A stretch of 64,000 bases of DNA, taken from contig CDLV01000018.1 in the NCBI GenBank assembly GCA_001244265.2, positions 310,001 to 374,000 of the forward strand, in the 5' to 3' direction. This DNA is from Microbotryum violaceum. Taxonomy: Eukaryota. This document shows, one piece after another, positions 11,030 through 25,991 of this stretch (position 1 is its first letter; every line of letters begins with the position of its first letter). The position numbers were made by a program, and so were the translations under genes. Below the pieces are notes generated by a model. The model had not been told where the DNA came from. It saw only the letters and a list, made by a program, of their open reading frames with translations, and made no database searches.

Positions 11030-13054
11030 ATGTCGACCGCGATCCCAACTCTCGGATTCCTCCAAGACCGTCTCCATCAACTTCCCTCGGCTTTGGTCAT
11101 CTTCTTTGCGGTCCTGCTCATCCTCCTCGGCGTGGGCATCAACAATGCTGGCGCACGATCGATGTTGGTCGGTACTCAGTGGGGCAAAGAGCCGGGTACT
11201 GATACGAATAGACACTACATTGGTGGTGGAGTCGGAGGGTTTGTGTTTGGTATGGTGACTTTTGGTCGGTCTCATAAACATGTGGCAACTCAGGAAGGCA
11301 ATCAAAATACTGAGATCGAGTCCCTTTCTTTCAGCTACTCTTGCAACAATACTCCTATTGGCCATCATCTCCAAGAAGCACGACCCGTCTGTTGGTCCAG
11401 GTATGCTATTTGCGCTGTGGGTATGCACCGGTCTGGTCGGAGGCGCAATCGGCGCGAGGTGGAGATGGGCGGCTAGGAGTTGTTGTGGTGTGCTCGGAGG
11501 GTGCGTCTCAACCCTCGCTCCCTGCTTTTCCTCACGTCAACTAAGCTCTCTCCACGCACTTCGTAGTCTATCATTCTCTTACCTCATCATCGCCTCCTTC
11601 CACCTCTCCTCCCTCCTCACCCGTTCAGTCTTCACCCTCCTACTCACTCTCTTCAGCCTCGTGCTCTGTCTCCTCCCTCAAACCGTCAAATCCCTTTCCG
11701 TCCTATCCGCATTCTCCGGCGCCTGGATTCACTTCCTCGGAATCGACCTCTTGATCAAAATAGGTTACGTAGACCTGACGGGTCTCTTGGTGGCCAAGTA
11801 TGGCGTTTCGGCGAATGGTCGAGTCGAAGAGGAGGTATTGGTTCTGGCCTGGGAAAAAGCAAGTTGGAGAGCTTGTGTTGCGGGATGGTGGTTGATGGGG
11901 TTGAGTGGGGCGGCTTGGCAATGGTATTGGGGTGGAGAAGCGGGAGGGAAGGAGAAAGTGAGATGACTCTCTCCTATGACATGAATGGCTTCGACAGCTA
12001 CTGATGACTCTACTTTGGCGCTGCGACATAGGAATGGGACACCTACCTCTCGAGCCTCGTATCGACGGGGGAAGCGCCCAAAGCCCTTCTCGGAACCTAC
12101 ACGCCACCCGAATCCTTCTTAACTCGTATTTCCCACCTCTTCACTTCCTGGAGAACTTCTTCAACTCAATCAGCAAGGTTCACCGATCTCCCGAACCCCA
12201 GGACTAAGACTGGAAGACGGAGGACGTCGACTTGGGATGGGGAGGAGTTGCATCAGGATGCGAATGAGGATAGGTTGAGTTCGAGGATTTGGGCGGATGA
12301 TGAAGAGGATGAATTGGGCTTCCAATCCGATGAGGAGGGACAATCGGAGGAGTTGATCTTTGGAAGACGAGGAGGTGGGGGACGAGGTGGGACGCGAGTA
12401 GAGGAACATGAGTTGAAGTCCGTCAAGGATTCACGCAGGGGTTCGAACCCCGCGAAGTATGATACGCAGTGGTCGGACGAAGAAGGCGATTATGAGGTGG
12501 ATGAAGAGGATCTCGGATTGCATGGTGGCGCGAGCAGAGATCTTCGCAGCAACCCACCGGCCTATCCGACTTCACCGACAAGGTATAGCCTGCGCAGTGC
12601 TTGGTCGGGCACGACTTTGGGCGCTACGGGCGACGCCGCGCATGTCGCTCATCATGGCAGGAGTGGGATAGCTCTGGGGTCCTGTCGTGATCCCCCGTCT
12701 TCGCAAGGCACTGCACTAGGCCGTTCCGACAATCCGTCGAACGCCGATCGGCCTCGAAAGGAGGTCTTTCCTCCGAACCAAGCCAAGAGCCCCACCGGGG
12801 TTCGCCTTCCCGCGACGCTTTCCCTCCCCAAAGCGATCGACCGAATCGACGTCGCCCAACGCCAAGCTCGTTCAGAAACCCCTCCAACCCCACAGAAGAA
12901 CCCCTTCCAACACCGTTCGGACGATGCCACGGAATACGAGATGGACCTGGGAAACGGTAAGAGTTCGCGACCTGTGTCGATCAAGAGCACGTCAAGTCAG
13001 ACAAGTTACGACGCGTGGTGGGCGGAGGTGATTGCCAAGTCCAAGGCGAAGTGA
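11030..13054 (+). CDS. Multi-pass membrane protein, DUF4203/TMEM198-like, with disordered C-terminal tail
   Basis: Several hydrophobic Gly-rich segments (GGGVGGFVFG, GLVGGAIG, SAFSGAWIHFLGIDLL) across spliced exons. Family assignment is by recall only. Confidence 0.6.
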
Positions 13055-13168
13055 TTTTGGTGCTGATGGAATGAGATGACTCGGTATATCTTGATTATCA
13101 TAATTACAACACGTATCTAATAATACATTCCATGCCCCCATTCATGCCCTGGAGTTCCAACTCACTCC

Positions 13169-15253
13169 TCAAGGATGGGATCTCACAACTTTCTCCCACT
13201 TCTTGACCCTCCTTAGCATCCTTTCCACATTATCCTGAGTGAAGACGATCTCATCCCGACGAAATTCCCCCTGAGGACCGTTTTGGACGAGCGAATCGAT
13301 CGAGCGGGTGAAAGCGACTGCGAGGGCTAAGGAGTTGACGGAGGTGGGGAGAAGGGATCTTGAGGGCGGAGCGGCGGCCATAAAGGATGGTAGGAGGGAT
13401 ATTAAGTGCTGTTTAAGGTGAACTTGGCTCAGTGGTCTCATTCGCTTGTCTGGGAATGCTCAAGAAGGACCTACCCGAGCCACGCTCAATTCGGCTTGTT
13501 CTTGCGCGGACAAGGGTAGTTGCGCTCGACGGAACTCCTCGAGTCGAGCTTGTTCTCGTGTCCTGCGAAGTTTCCAACCAGTCAAATTCTCGTTCGTGCC
13601 ATTGAGACAAAGTTGAAGTCGGTTTCGATCGCGCGACGTACCTATCGGCCTTGAGCTCCAAGACGATTCTGGAAATCGCTTCGATGTCGTGTTGGAGGTG
13701 GGTGATGTATTCGTTCGCTTCCCTCAGCTCGCTTACCAATACAGAGCGCTGGGTAGAGAAGAGGCAAACGCAAAATGTGAGCTCGAGAGAAGATTGTACC
13801 GCCACCCTGCTTCCCGAGTGACTTACTTCGTCCTGGGTTACTGCCTCCATTCCTGTCCGTGCATCATGCGGCCTATGCCTATGGTTGCTTGGCGCGACGA
13901 ATTGTGCCGTGGTTTGTGTATAATCCTCAACGTCTTCAGGAATGTCCTGACCCCGCCCCGCTGCATGCGCCGAAGTAGGTAGCCAAGGTGAAGGGTCTTG
14001 CCGCAATCGTGATGGTGGTCGAGCTCGACTTCGATGTGGGGTCGCGTTGTGGATGATGTTGTCGAATTCGCTAAGGGCCTGGGGTAGGACTTGCCCAATC
14101 AGTATCCGCGACCCTTCGAGGGTTTCTGCTCATCACTGACCTCGTCTGCTATCCTTGCATCGCTGTCAGCGCCCGGATCCTGATGCGCTCGGTGATTCGA
14201 GCTCGGCGGTGCTTGGAAGGTCAGATCGCCATCACTGCGCCATGGATCAATCTGCCCGGTGTGATCATCGAGGTACACGGGTTGATTCTGTCTCTGAGGT
14301 GGACGGGGAGGTCTGAGCGTCGTTGTCGTCGTTGTTGATGGTCCATTGACTATCCGCGGTGGAGGGGACGTGACAAGCGAATATCTTGACCCTGCAGCTT
14401 CCTGCCCTGTTCGACCTAACCATCCCATCTCTTCCAAGACGCTTCGTGATCTTGGTTGGGACTGATCTCTTTGGTCGAAAGTCGTGTCCCCTCCTACGGT
14501 CGTATCTGCCGCTGGCTGAGCCTGTCCTGAACCCTGCAGAACGGTCGCCGGCAAGATGGTCGATTCCAGCGCTTGATAGTCGACAGAGTCGTTTGTGCGG
14601 GAGATTTGCCGATTCGAATGCATCGATTGCGCCGACTGAGCTCTCAACGACGTCGACCTCGCTCGGACAGAAGGTGAGAGCGAGCCTGCCTCTGAAGTCG
14701 TGGTTGACGATGTTGCGGGAAACCAGTCGTGTGTCGCAGGATGAGCAGAGTCATGAGCCGTAGTGGGTGGTGGCGTCGAAGTTGATGGCACGGCGCGTGC
14801 TGGGAAGGGTTCGTTGGCGTTGGCATTGGATGTACTTTGTATCAGGGTCAGGTCCTCCAGTGCTTGATGCGGTGTAGCAGGTGAAGAGGGTTGACGCGTC
14901 GCTTCGCGCTCGCGTTCGTCGTCCTCGAGCTTCCTGGTAGGCTCAACTCGATCGACGTGCGATCCTAGAGCAGCAGCAGTCGAAGCAGAGGTGCTAGGTA
15001 CTGGAACTTGATCCCCATCCAAGAATGCCATCAACCGGTCGAGATCCTCGCCAGCAGCCGCTGACGGTCCATGGTCAGAGCTCGAGCGCGAGTGCGAATG
15101 TGAGCGTGTAGCCTCACTTTCGACGGACTGATCGAGGTGCGCGGGAAGAGGTGTATCGCCTTTCGGATGACGCTTGCGAGGCGTCGATTGGGAGGTTAGG
15201 AGCGAATCGTCTCGATACGAGCCGGTCAGATCATCGTGGGTCGGATAAGCCAT
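13169..15253 (-). CDS. Hypothetical protein, disordered N-terminus and short coiled coil
   Basis: Long ORF from MAYPTHDD (15253); downstream exon with LVSELREANEYITHLQHDIEAISRIVLELK; exon structure only approximate. Confidence 0.55.
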
Positions 15254-15874
15254 TGGGGGAACCCGTGCGTACACGACGACCGCCGTCTGTTGAGTCCGAG
15301 ACCAAGATGTGTTTGCTGGCCCGAGTCCGAAAGCCCGAAAAGCGACCCCGGAAGTCCGAAAATTGGCCCAGCTGACAGAGCAGACAGATGCCAACAACTT
15401 CTGGGGACAAAATCTCCTCACTGGATGATATGAAATTATGTTCCAGCTTTACTTCAGTGCTCCACACTCGCGAAAGGTGGGTAAGATGCTGAGTATATGC
15501 ACACGATTTCTGGTGACGTAGACGGAGAGGATGAGAGCATTGCACGGGTCCGTTGACAACGCGTCCAAAACGGTTTTTCGAGCAGAGCTGATGAGGGGGG
15601 TGGAGAAGATGTTAGTCTGGGTTGCTTACTGAGAAGGCGCTTCGACAGAGCTGGTGTTGGTGCCAACCGTGACCCCGGCCGGACTGTGGGGCGCACGACC
15701 CCCCTCGCCTCCACTGAGACGGGTTCCGACCTGTGCCCAATTTGTCGTCTTGCGGTCCTGCCATCATATCGCTAGTTTAAGAGGTTGGACTCCGTCTCAA
15801 CGCTTTGTGAAGCGTCGTCTCCCACGACCTCTCCAATCGTTTGTTCGACTGGTTGTTCCTCTGCCCGATCAAGC

Positions 15875-18800
15875 ATGCCACCTCCAACCAGCAACTTCAT
15901 CGGGGGTGGTGACTCGTCCTTGAGCTTGAGCTTGACCGGCATCGCGCGAGGAGCCACAACGGCAGCAGTTCAAGGCGCCGATCCATTGGCCTCGGTCTCA
16001 CATCATCGTCGCACCCAAAGCTTGTTCCCATTACAGGAGTTGTCCATAGGCAGTGGGTCAAAATCGATCGAACCTACTTTAACCGCTACCCTCGCTCACC
16101 CACTTTGCTGCACCAGATCTCCCACCCTTGAAGGCGCCCACTGGCATGGATATCCGCGCCGGCTCCACCTCGAGGAGCTTTGCAACCGTCGCGAAAAACG
16201 TCTCGGCGCGCGTACAATTCCCCACCTTCCAGTTCCCGCCCGCTGCTACCACCGCTGGGGCACTATCTTCATCTACATTCCTGCCTTATCCACGAAGGCC
16301 ATCCTACAAGCTCAAGCGTACACTCTCGATCGACACCGCCCTTGCCTCGGCAAGTTTCAATCGACGTCCACGAAAGTTCGTCATCACTGCGGATGAGAAC
16401 GATCAAGAAGCTGGGCTGCTCCCTCCAGCTCGACCAGGCTCGCCATTCGAATTGCGTCGAGTTGAACCCCATGGCATGAGATCTGAAGGATTAAGCAACA
16501 ATCATCAAGCCACGAGTTTTCTGGATGCAGCCTCAATTTCCACTTCGACTTGGACTGCCCCGGCGATAACGGCGACCGTTCGAACTCGAACACCAGCCCC
16601 GCCGAGGCCGCCGCTTCGACTTCCGCAGGCTTCATCGAACAACAACTGTTGGCGCTTGGACATTCAAGATCCAGCCACAGCGTCTTTAGCATTCCCTGAC
16701 ACTATTTCAGAGCAAAGTAGCACTAGCAAATACTGTGCTCCATCTCGATCTGAGAACGTTCAGGCTTTCGAGCGTCGAGGGCTTCGCAGATCAGCTCGCG
16801 CATCAGTCAGCTCCTACGACGACCTAAGTGATGGCAGCGGCTATTCGACGGGTGATCCGCGCCGTGCGTCGACCTATCAATTTTGTCTTGGAAGCCGTTC
16901 AGCTTCTCGTCAGGCGATGTCGGTGGCAACCTCGACGAGTGATGACGAGGACGACAATGACCTTGCACCGCCCCTGTCGCCGAGGTTGAGCTACCCCGAC
17001 GACGCGCGCAAGATCACCGAAGCCGGGGCTGAGCTGCGCTTGCAATCCTCGAGGGCGCAAGACATGTCTGAAGAAAAAATAAGGGTGTTGTTTGCCAAGA
17101 CGTGGTTGAAAACCTGCTACGAACCGTTCAGAGGATTCAATGTCAGTCGCTCGGCGCTGTACGCTAGTTACGTCAACGCGTGTCAGCGCTTCGGTGTTTC
17201 CGCTCTCAAGTGAGTTGGCCTTCATTTTGAATGGTATTAAGGCAGATGCTGAATCCAGCTGTACTCTCTATGCTTTACCAGCATTTCCGCTTTCGGCAGG
17301 ACAATCCGCGCCGTTCATCCCAAGGTTCTCACTCGACGTTTGGGCGGTCGCGCTAATTCGCGCTACTACTACATCGACTTTCGTCCCTCCAACAGTCAGG
17401 AATACAACACACTCTTTGCCAGTGAATCACAAAGGGATACCGACAATCCAGCCTCAGGTCCACAAACTCGACTCCTTTCTCCTTTCAGGGCTGCGGACCC
17501 TGTGGCTGTTGTCGCTGAGCTTCCAGAGATGAGAATTGGCGAGGGGTCGACCTCAGTTGCTCAAAACGCTGTCCAGTTAAGGGAGGTACTCCTCACTGTT
17601 GAAGAACTCGCCAAGTCTGCGGAGAAGGTCCAGCCGAGATCTTTGACGCGTCGAAGGACCCCATCGGTGACGCCGACCCGAGCTCCTGTCCCATCGCGAC
17701 GGCCGACTTGGGCCAGTGGAAGGCTCGTTCTACCCAATATCGAGCTAGAGGAGTGCCCAATCACGCCCATACTGGATTCGGGGGGTTTTCGGTCTTTCGA
17801 GGCCGTGTTTGATGTAGACAAGTCCGAAGATCAAAGTGAGGCGCGAGCGTTTTGGCAGAGCTTGGAGATGCACTTTTCTCGCCTCGAGGAGGCGGTGCAA
17901 CTGGAGAAATACGAGTGAGTCACTCTGAACTTGTAGAAGAAAAAATCACCAGCTGACATGGTCTTTTTGTGAAGCTTGTTCTTGGACGAGTTGAACGAAT
18001 GGTGGACCAATCGTACTGCGGACGAGTGCGAGATCGCTGTGACGCCGGCGGCAAGTCGGAGCATCTATTGTGCGTTTGTGGCAATCTACGAGGTACGTGC
18101 ACTGTCGGATAGTGAAGCTCGTGAAATTAGGGTTTGCTGATGGGTATGTCCGCGCACCAGTTGGTCTTGAATCGCTCGAGAAAAGCGTTGCTTGCTCTGG
18201 CACCACTCGCTCCGCTGGAGGGCCTCGGGATCTTGGCGGCCAAGGTAAGATATGCGTCTTTTCGGCCGTCGTCGTTGGACGAACAACAACGAGGTTAAGC
18301 TTTCTTTCCATAGATCGAATCTGCGACTGTGGATGCGCTACAAGACTTTTCCGACACGTTCTTTTTCGATACGCTCGTCGGGCTGGGCAAGCAGGTGGGA
18401 CCACTCTGTGCACTCAGTCAAAGCTGTCGACTTTGGGTAGGTCGTGAAACCACTGGAGCATTCGTTCTTACATCTTGACACTTATTCCCAATGGTTCGTC
18501 GCGCACACCAGGCGAACAATTTGCAGAGCAGTCTGGGCACGCAACACGCTTGGGACGAATTTGAGCAAGCCTGGCGCTCCGTCAACACTGCGCTCATCCA
18601 GAACAGATGCGAACTCACCAAGACCATAGAGTCGACTCGCTTCCACGCCTATACGGCGCTTGTTGAGGTCTTGTTCGAGTCATCTTTCACTTCTCCCTCG
18701 GCCGAATCCCGTCTGGGAAGGATCATCGAACAGGCCGCCCTGAGCTTTGATGACTTGCTGCGGGGACAGAAGGATAGCGCTTCGATCATTGCGGAGTACA

Positions 18801-19806
18801 ACTTGATTGGATCGCAGATCGCGAGAGAGCTCTGTCTTAAGTGAGCTCGGGAAATATTTTGATGAGACACCTATTGAACTCATGGCGTTGTTACCGCTGT
18901 CACAGTCATCCCCGCGTTGCAGTCCAAGTTCAAAGTCTGCATTTCCTCATCGATGATTTACTCGTACTACACGTGAGTGGCAGATATCCTGAGGTATGAC
19001 AGATCAACTGGATGACCGAAAACTTTACGAATGTACAGGTACTTCAAGTTCAAGTTTTGCAAACGGAAAGAATCGTATCTGCCCCAGTGGTGAAACCCGC
19101 CGCCGCCACCAGTCAGATTGCCGCGTTCAGTCCCATCGAATCCGAGCGCGAAGGGATGGGTCCACCGGTTGCCGACAAAATGACTGAGTCTGCTGGGGTC
19201 GTGAAAAAAAGTGAATTGGTCGCAGTGAGCTCAGAGCCGTTTCCAACAACACCCTTGTCGGAGCACCCTTCATCGCCAGCTCGTGACTTGACCACGTTTG
19301 CCAGTCCCCCGAGGATGATCGATTCTGGGCCGGAGGTCGTCACCTCGCTCCCAATCCCAGGCATCGTTCGTCAATCCCCGGCGGCTTCATTGACCGACAA
19401 ATCTCAGTCTGTCTCTTCCTCCACCGTATGGATGCGCCCTCATCGAGCCCCTCTGGCAGGCGAAGCCGTCCAACGTGCAAACCTGGCCCAAGACCTCCTC
19501 GCACTCGAATCGCCACCTCCTTTCGTGCTTTCGCCGACGATACTGCAAAGTTTCGCCGATCGACACCGTGAAGGTAGACGTGCTTATTCAAATTCGCCTG
19601 TTGAAGCCTATAAAATGTCGAGTGAGAGGCGTGGGCCGTTTCAGGTTCCTTCGGGGTTTGAGGCGGGACGGCTTGATGAGGTTGAAGCGGTGGGGTTAAA
19701 TACGGCGGCGGCGGTCGGGGCGAAAGGAGGGGCTTTGTTGGATCCGGCGGGTTTGACGGATGAGGTGCCTAACACGGCGACGTTTTATGCTGGTTATTGG
19801 CGTTGA
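15875..19806 (+). CDS. RFX-type winged-helix transcription factor
   Basis: KTWLKTCYE...VSRSALYASYVNACQRFGVSAL-..AFGRTIRAVHPKVLTRRLGGRANSRYYY is an RFX DNA-binding domain; intron 16053-16116 joins the first two ORFs in frame. Confidence 0.85.
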
Positions 19807-20216
19807 AATATAAAAGGAGCGAATGCGGTGCTTCGATTACATTTGCACGACTGCTTCTTTGGTTGAGTTGTTAAATATCCGGCAAGAGCAGCCTCGCTCC
19901 CCTTCTCGCTCTGGCCGGGCTGAATATTATGGTGGCTCGATATATGCTCAACAATCTTCCAAAACACCCGGTATAATCAGTCCCAAGCAATTGGGGTGTT
20001 CGAAATCTACAAAGGTGCTATACTTGACTTGTGCTTGGCCGAGAATGGGCTCGGCCTCAGCGTTAATCATTAAAATAAGGGAGGGTGGTGGTGTCGATCA
20101 TTCCGTGGTGCGTCTCAGGTTGCGGTGATCCTGTTTGGTTCCTACGCCTCACGCCATCCGTTGGCCTCACTGCTCGACTTGACCCACCCCCCATCTCGGG
20201 GCAGAATACTCTCATC

Positions 20217-22534
20217 ATGAGTGGTGCCAATCCCACCACGGACGAAGCCTCAGCCTCCGCAAGCGGCGCTCCTCGCCGCCCCACGACCGGTCCGTCGCCG
20301 TACGGTGCAGGTACGACCCCGAGCCAATCGATCCGGGTCAAGCGGCAGGGGCCACGAGCCGACGCCGAGTTCCGACCTTCGCCATCCCCTTCGTTGCCAG
20401 CAGACACGTCGAGAGGGTTCAGTGAACCCGTCGCTCTACACGCCTCTCGTACGGACGACAACGCGCTCGAATCGCTCAACACCAACCCGGACAGCGTAGA
20501 GACGAGAGCACGTGCTTCAACTAGCCCGAGTGGTGTTGGACCTATCGGACGATTCGGTACCGGGACCGCGACAGGCCGACGACGAGGCTACAGCATCACG
20601 GAAAGGTTGTGGGGCGAAGATGGTTATCAACAATTATCGCGGCCTCGACTCGGTAAAGCTGGGGGTTCGGCCTCGGCTTTGTCCCAACAGCAGTTGCCGT
20701 CGTCCGCGCAGGGCTCGGGCTTGCCCACGCTTTCAACTGCCGGCGATGCAAACTTGAACCTCTCGCTGCCCGCGTCCAACGTCTCGGCGATCGGTCGGGC
20801 GAGATCGCCTTCGGTCGCTTCGAATACGAGTAGTAACAACCCCGTCAACGTCATCATACCCGGTGAATCATTAGGGAGGGCGAGGAGGTCTTCGATCGTT
20901 TCTCAGGCCATCTCGGAGGAGGATCATCATGCCCAAGAGGTCGATCTCGTAAGGGACTTGAATATTGACGAGCAGCGCTTGGGAAGTGCCAGAAGCTGAT
21001 CGCATCCTCTCTGACAGCTCGATGTCTTGGATCCCGCCGTATCGACGACCGCGACGTTGACCAACATCCAAGGTGCTTTTTGGCCCAACATCTTTGCTCG
21101 AAAACCCATCGTCGAGATCGAACCTCTCCCACCCATTGTCGAGACGCGATCCAACGACCCCACCCGCAAACCTGATGGCGAATCATCCTCGACGATCGAA
21201 GAACATCCTCTGACCAAGACGACGACGATCAATACTATTCCGGATGGGGAGGATGATGAAGAAGAGGAGGAGGAGGATGAACTCGATTTGCTCGATGAGC
21301 ATCTCAAGAAGTTGCTCAAAAAGCAGAAGAGGAAGGAAACGTTTAGGCTGCAGATGCAAGGCATCAAGGCGTTCCTCAAGACGCCCTTGGGCGTGTTCTT
21401 CTTCATCTACGGCAGTGAGTTGCTGCACCCGTCAGAAAACTCTATCAAACAGCTGACGGGTGTGGACACTTTGGCCTGTTGCCCAGTCAACGTCGTTGTA
21501 TGGGGTGCCGGTTTGGTGCTCTTATTGATGATCCCCATGGGCAGCTACGCGAAGAAACTTTGGGTCGAAGTCTGTTCCCAAGTCCTTACCGGCCTATTCT
21601 GCATTACCTCCTTGTTCCCCTTACCGTGGCGCCTCATGGACGCTTACAACATATGCATTATTTGGCACTACGCCGTCGTGACGAGGAAACGAAGGGCCAA
21701 AGGTGGCTTACCGCCTTTGAGGGATCCGAATGATTTACCTGATCCTGCGGAGGCCGAATATTGGATTGGCGCTGGAGGGGAGAAGGTGAGTAGTAGCGGT
21801 GATAGTTGCTGCTTCAAGGTGCTCGATCTGACTCGGGACACGCCTTGTGACAGATGACGGGACCTCGAGTCGCTCCTGCCGTAGTCCCACCTCGCAAGAG
21901 CAAGTTGCCATGGAAGAAGAACAAGGACGTTTCCCCAGACGCGAATGGCACGGCCTCCAACGCGGAACCCATCCCACTCGAAGTGATCGAATCACACGTT
22001 AGTTCCGACGCACTGGACGAAGCCGTCGTTCTCAGCGACAAGGAGGAAGCCAAACTTCGTCACGCGCAAGCGAAATTCGCTCGTTCGCAAAATTACTACC
22101 GCCCCCATACGACTCCGACGCATCATGCGTTCCCGATCAAACAAGCGATTTGGATCTCGTTCTTCATGATCGGTAATTCGGCTTTTCAAGCGATCTTGTG
22201 TGGCGTGATGTGGGGATTGAATAGATTCGATCGACCGGCTTGGACGACGGGTTGTTTGATCCCTCTGTCATTTGGGTGTGGGATCGCGGGCGCGGTCTTG
22301 ATTTGGCAATGCTCCGAAAGGACCAAGAGGAAGGCCGAGGTGACGGCTAAGGTTTGGAGAATGATGAAAAAGGATGAGGAGGAATTGCAGAAGAGGAGGA
22401 AGGAGGCGACTGAACGGAGGGTCGCGAGGCATAAGGAGAAGAAACATCGTCTTGGCGCGGCGGGCTTGGGGGCTTTGGCACTGGGGAGGAAGTCCAAGGT
22501 TGATTTGGAGGCGAGCAAGGCGGCAGATCTGTAG
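20217..22534 (+). CDS. DUF2985-like fungal integral membrane protein
   Basis: FLKTPLGVFFFIYG, NVVVWGAGLVLLL, KLWVEVCSQVLTGLFC...PWR, NSAFQAILCGVMWGLNRFDRPAW. Confidence 0.75.
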
Positions 22535-22873
22535 AAACATGGTTTTAGATTGTGCTCTTTCTTAGGTTGTCTATGAGATCGAGTATCTTTGTGTGTGTAG
22601 CCCTTAGTACATCTAGCTTCCCAATCAATACTGTTATCGTTCGATCCATTGTCGACGATTCCAATCGGAAAGAAAGTGTTTCCCCAATCAGGTCGAGGGT
22701 GTGCTGTACGATCGAGAACAAACAAAGGATTGATTTCAGAACAATATGCAAACAAGATGGGCAAATCCCGAACACCACCTCGATCCCGCCGGTCCCTCCT
22801 CCCTTTGATTACATCCGTCAGTTGTATATCACATTCAACAAGCCCGGAATGACACACGCACGTCTCCGCTCAC

Positions 22874-25328
22874 TCAAAGCTTGAATTTCCCACCTTGCAA
22901 CGACTCCCACTCCGTCTTAGTGAAAGGTTTGTACTTCCCTCCACTGAGCCAATAAACCGGATCCGAAACTTTAGCCGGATCAACACCCTCATTCCTCAAC
23001 ACGACCTTGAGTTGTTTCTCCGTCCCCGTCGATTCCATCTTTTGTACAATGCGGATGAAGAGCGGTTGCGCGTATTTGGGTAACACTTTTTGAACGTGCA
23101 CGGACAGCTTCTCAAAGTCGACTTGGGGAGTGGCGGGGATCGCAGCGCAACCGGCTCGGCCTTCGTGGGAAGGAACTGAGAAAGAGTTACACAGGCAATC
23201 GTCAGTATTTAGAGTGTCCAATACGACCTTAAGAAGCTGACTTACCTAAAACCCCATAAACATTGGCCTCATCAACGATAGCACCCATCGCCTCCGAGAC
23301 GGCCGTGGTTGAGACGTTCTCCGACTTCCAGCGGAACGTATCCCCTAGTCGATCGGCAAAGTAGTAAAAGCCCTCCTTACTCCTTGACAACAGATCTCCT
23401 GTACGGAAGTAGGCGTCACCCTTGCTGAAGACGTCACGCATGATCTTCTTTTCCGTCGCGCCGTCGTTGCCGTAGTAACCGGCGAAGGACATGAAGGGGG
23501 AATCGGGGTCGATCTGGCATAACAACTCTCCCGGTTCGTCGTCTTCGGTTCGGACGCAGAAACCCTTTTCGTTACGGTAAGGTTCCTCGGTCAACGAATC
23601 GACCTTGACGATCGCTTGCTTAACTCGACGAGCCCAACCGGCCAAGGTACCTTCGTGACCGACCGCGCCGGCACCAAAGTTGTTGCCGTTGTAGTTGTAC
23701 AAAGAGCCATTACCTTCGGACGAGGCGAAGAATTCGGAGATGACGTCGACGCCGAAACGATCACGGAACTTGTTCCAAACGTCGGGACGGCAACCGTTGC
23801 CGTACGCGAGTTTGACGTTGTGTTCCTTGTCGAGCGCCGAAGGAGGGAGCGCGAGCAGGTAACGTAGGACCTCGCCGACGTATTGGATGACGTTGGCGTT
23901 GGATTCGCGCACGTCCTTCCAGAACGTCGAGGCGGAGAATTTGCGACCGATGATGACGGTCGCTCCGGCATTCCATGCGGCACCGATGGCGAGTAACATC
24001 GCGGTCGAGTGGTACAAGGGCATCGGGGTGTAGATGCGTGTCTTGGTTCCAAAGTGGTTGATGCGGGTCCACATCTACCGTCGAAGGGGAGGAATAATTT
24101 CGTTAGAGCCCTTTCTCATCACAGTGACAAAGGAGGCAGAATCTCACCTTGAAGGCAGTTGCTGATCGTCCATGAGTAACGATGGCGGCTTTCGGAAGGC
24201 CGGTCGTACCTGTGCGTGATCACGCTTGCGATCAGGGCGAGCTCACAGCCCACACTAAGAGCCTGACTACGCACCAGAAGTGTAAATTAAACAAGCCGGT
24301 GATTGCCAAGTCAGACCGGCTCGCTGCTTGCCAGGAATTCGATCACGACTCATGTGGTCGAGCGCCTTGGGAAGATTGAGCGTAACCGAATCCTTGATGA
24401 CGGCGCCAGCCTTTTCACCCCCCGAAGAAAAGTTGTCAACCCAGTTGACGAACTGCAACCGAGGGTTCGTTTGACGCAACGCCTCGGCGACACCGGCGAT
24501 CGAGGCCGAGAGGGTCGATTCGTAGATGATCATTTGGGCCTTGGCGACCGAGACGCAGTGCCTTAACCCATCGTCCTCGAGGTTGTAGTTGATGAAGGCG
24601 GGGACGACGTCGATCGCGAGGCATGCGAGGAAGATAATGACGTACGCGGGCTTGTTGGGCATGTACAAAGCCACGGTGTCACCTCGCTTGAGACCACGCG
24701 AGAGAAGCCAGTGTGCGAACTGATTCGCCTCTGCAAGAGAGTGAGGATTTGGTTCGTTCCGGCGGCGACGGCAGAAGATGCGTCGGTCAGTTACATGCAC
24801 GGGGAGGCTTCGAGCGAGGTGTAGATGGCGACTTACTCTTGTCAGCCTGACCCCACGTGAGCCTGACATTCTCGCAGACGTAGCACTCCTGATCCTTAAG
24901 CTTGGCAACGTTGTCGTTGAAGATGTAGTAGATCGAGTTGCGGTCGCGCGCGTTGTTGCGCTTGAGGCTGACGGTGACGTCGATCAGCGCGCGCGCCTTG
25001 ACGAGGTCGGCGGCGATGAAGTGTTTGGCATCGAGGTACGCCGCAGCGGCGATACCTCCGGCAATGACGGGTAAAGTAGGCAGGACCCTAGCGAGTGTTG
25101 AGGGTGGCAAGTAAAGACGGGGCGAGCAGCAACACGTCAGCGGCGAGGATGACGGCCCAGAACGACGGCCACGCGGCAATGAGCGCCAGAGTTGCGGCGA
25201 AGGGGCGGCGGGTGAGCAGAGCAGCAGCGATCAGGAGCGGGCCGTAACGGAGGAGGGGAGGAAAGGCAGGACAAGATGCTCTAGCTGTAGTTCCAATTGA
25301 GTTCCTCCCAAGGTATCTGAACTCACAT
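22874..25328 (-). CDS. FAT1: Very-long-chain acyl-CoA synthetase / fatty acid transport protein
   Basis: LIYTSG-TTGLPKAA (AMP-binding), PLYHS, QYVGEVLRYLL, YFRTGDLL, DRLGDTFRWKSENVST, HEGRAGCAAI; C-terminus GGKFKL*. ATG modelled as AT(25328-25327)|intron|G(25087). Confidence 0.92.
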
Positions 25329-25991
25329 CTTTATTAAGGGGAACGTGTATGTGATCAACGGAGCAAGACAAGCTCAAGAGCCCGACCGGTCGCTTGCCTC
25401 GGCGCTGGCTGCCTTGCGCTCGGGTAACCGATTCGCTCGCGAAGTCGCCGGAGGGCGCTCGCACATGGTGGCCCCTTGCGTTCCGGTGTTGCCTTCACAA
25501 CTTGCGACCGAGCGACAGATCCGAAGCCCGCCGGGCCGCCGGTTAGCGATTTTGTTCCCGATATCGAGCGACGAGCTGGAACCCCCTCACAAGCCACGTG
25601 AGCTCACAAATCGAGACCGACTCTTTGAGCGAAACGCCCTACGATAATGATCAGCCTCCCGGTGTCTGCGGTCCGAGACGTCCGAGCGTTCACAGCTAGA
25701 GCTCACCAAAGTGACACACCCCAAGCTCAGAATAGGTAAGATGGTTACTGAACCTGTTCTCACTACTGTGTCCTAATGAAAGTAGCCATCACCGCCCTAT
25801 GGTATATGCCCGAACTCCATCGAGAGAAACCTTTGCGGTTCCGAGGCTCAAACTTAACTCGACCGAGTTGACAAGAGCCGATCGGCGCCTCGAGCAGCCC
25901 CTCGCACCGGACCACGGGAGCCCAGCGCGCCTTTGCGCCACCCCACACGCCTCCACAAGATCGCCTGCATTCCCACCGAGGCCCGCTCAAC

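Noticed and set aside
16040-16130. Apparent frameshift in the RFX gene
   Set aside because: Resolved by a phase-compatible GT-AG intron at 16053-16116.
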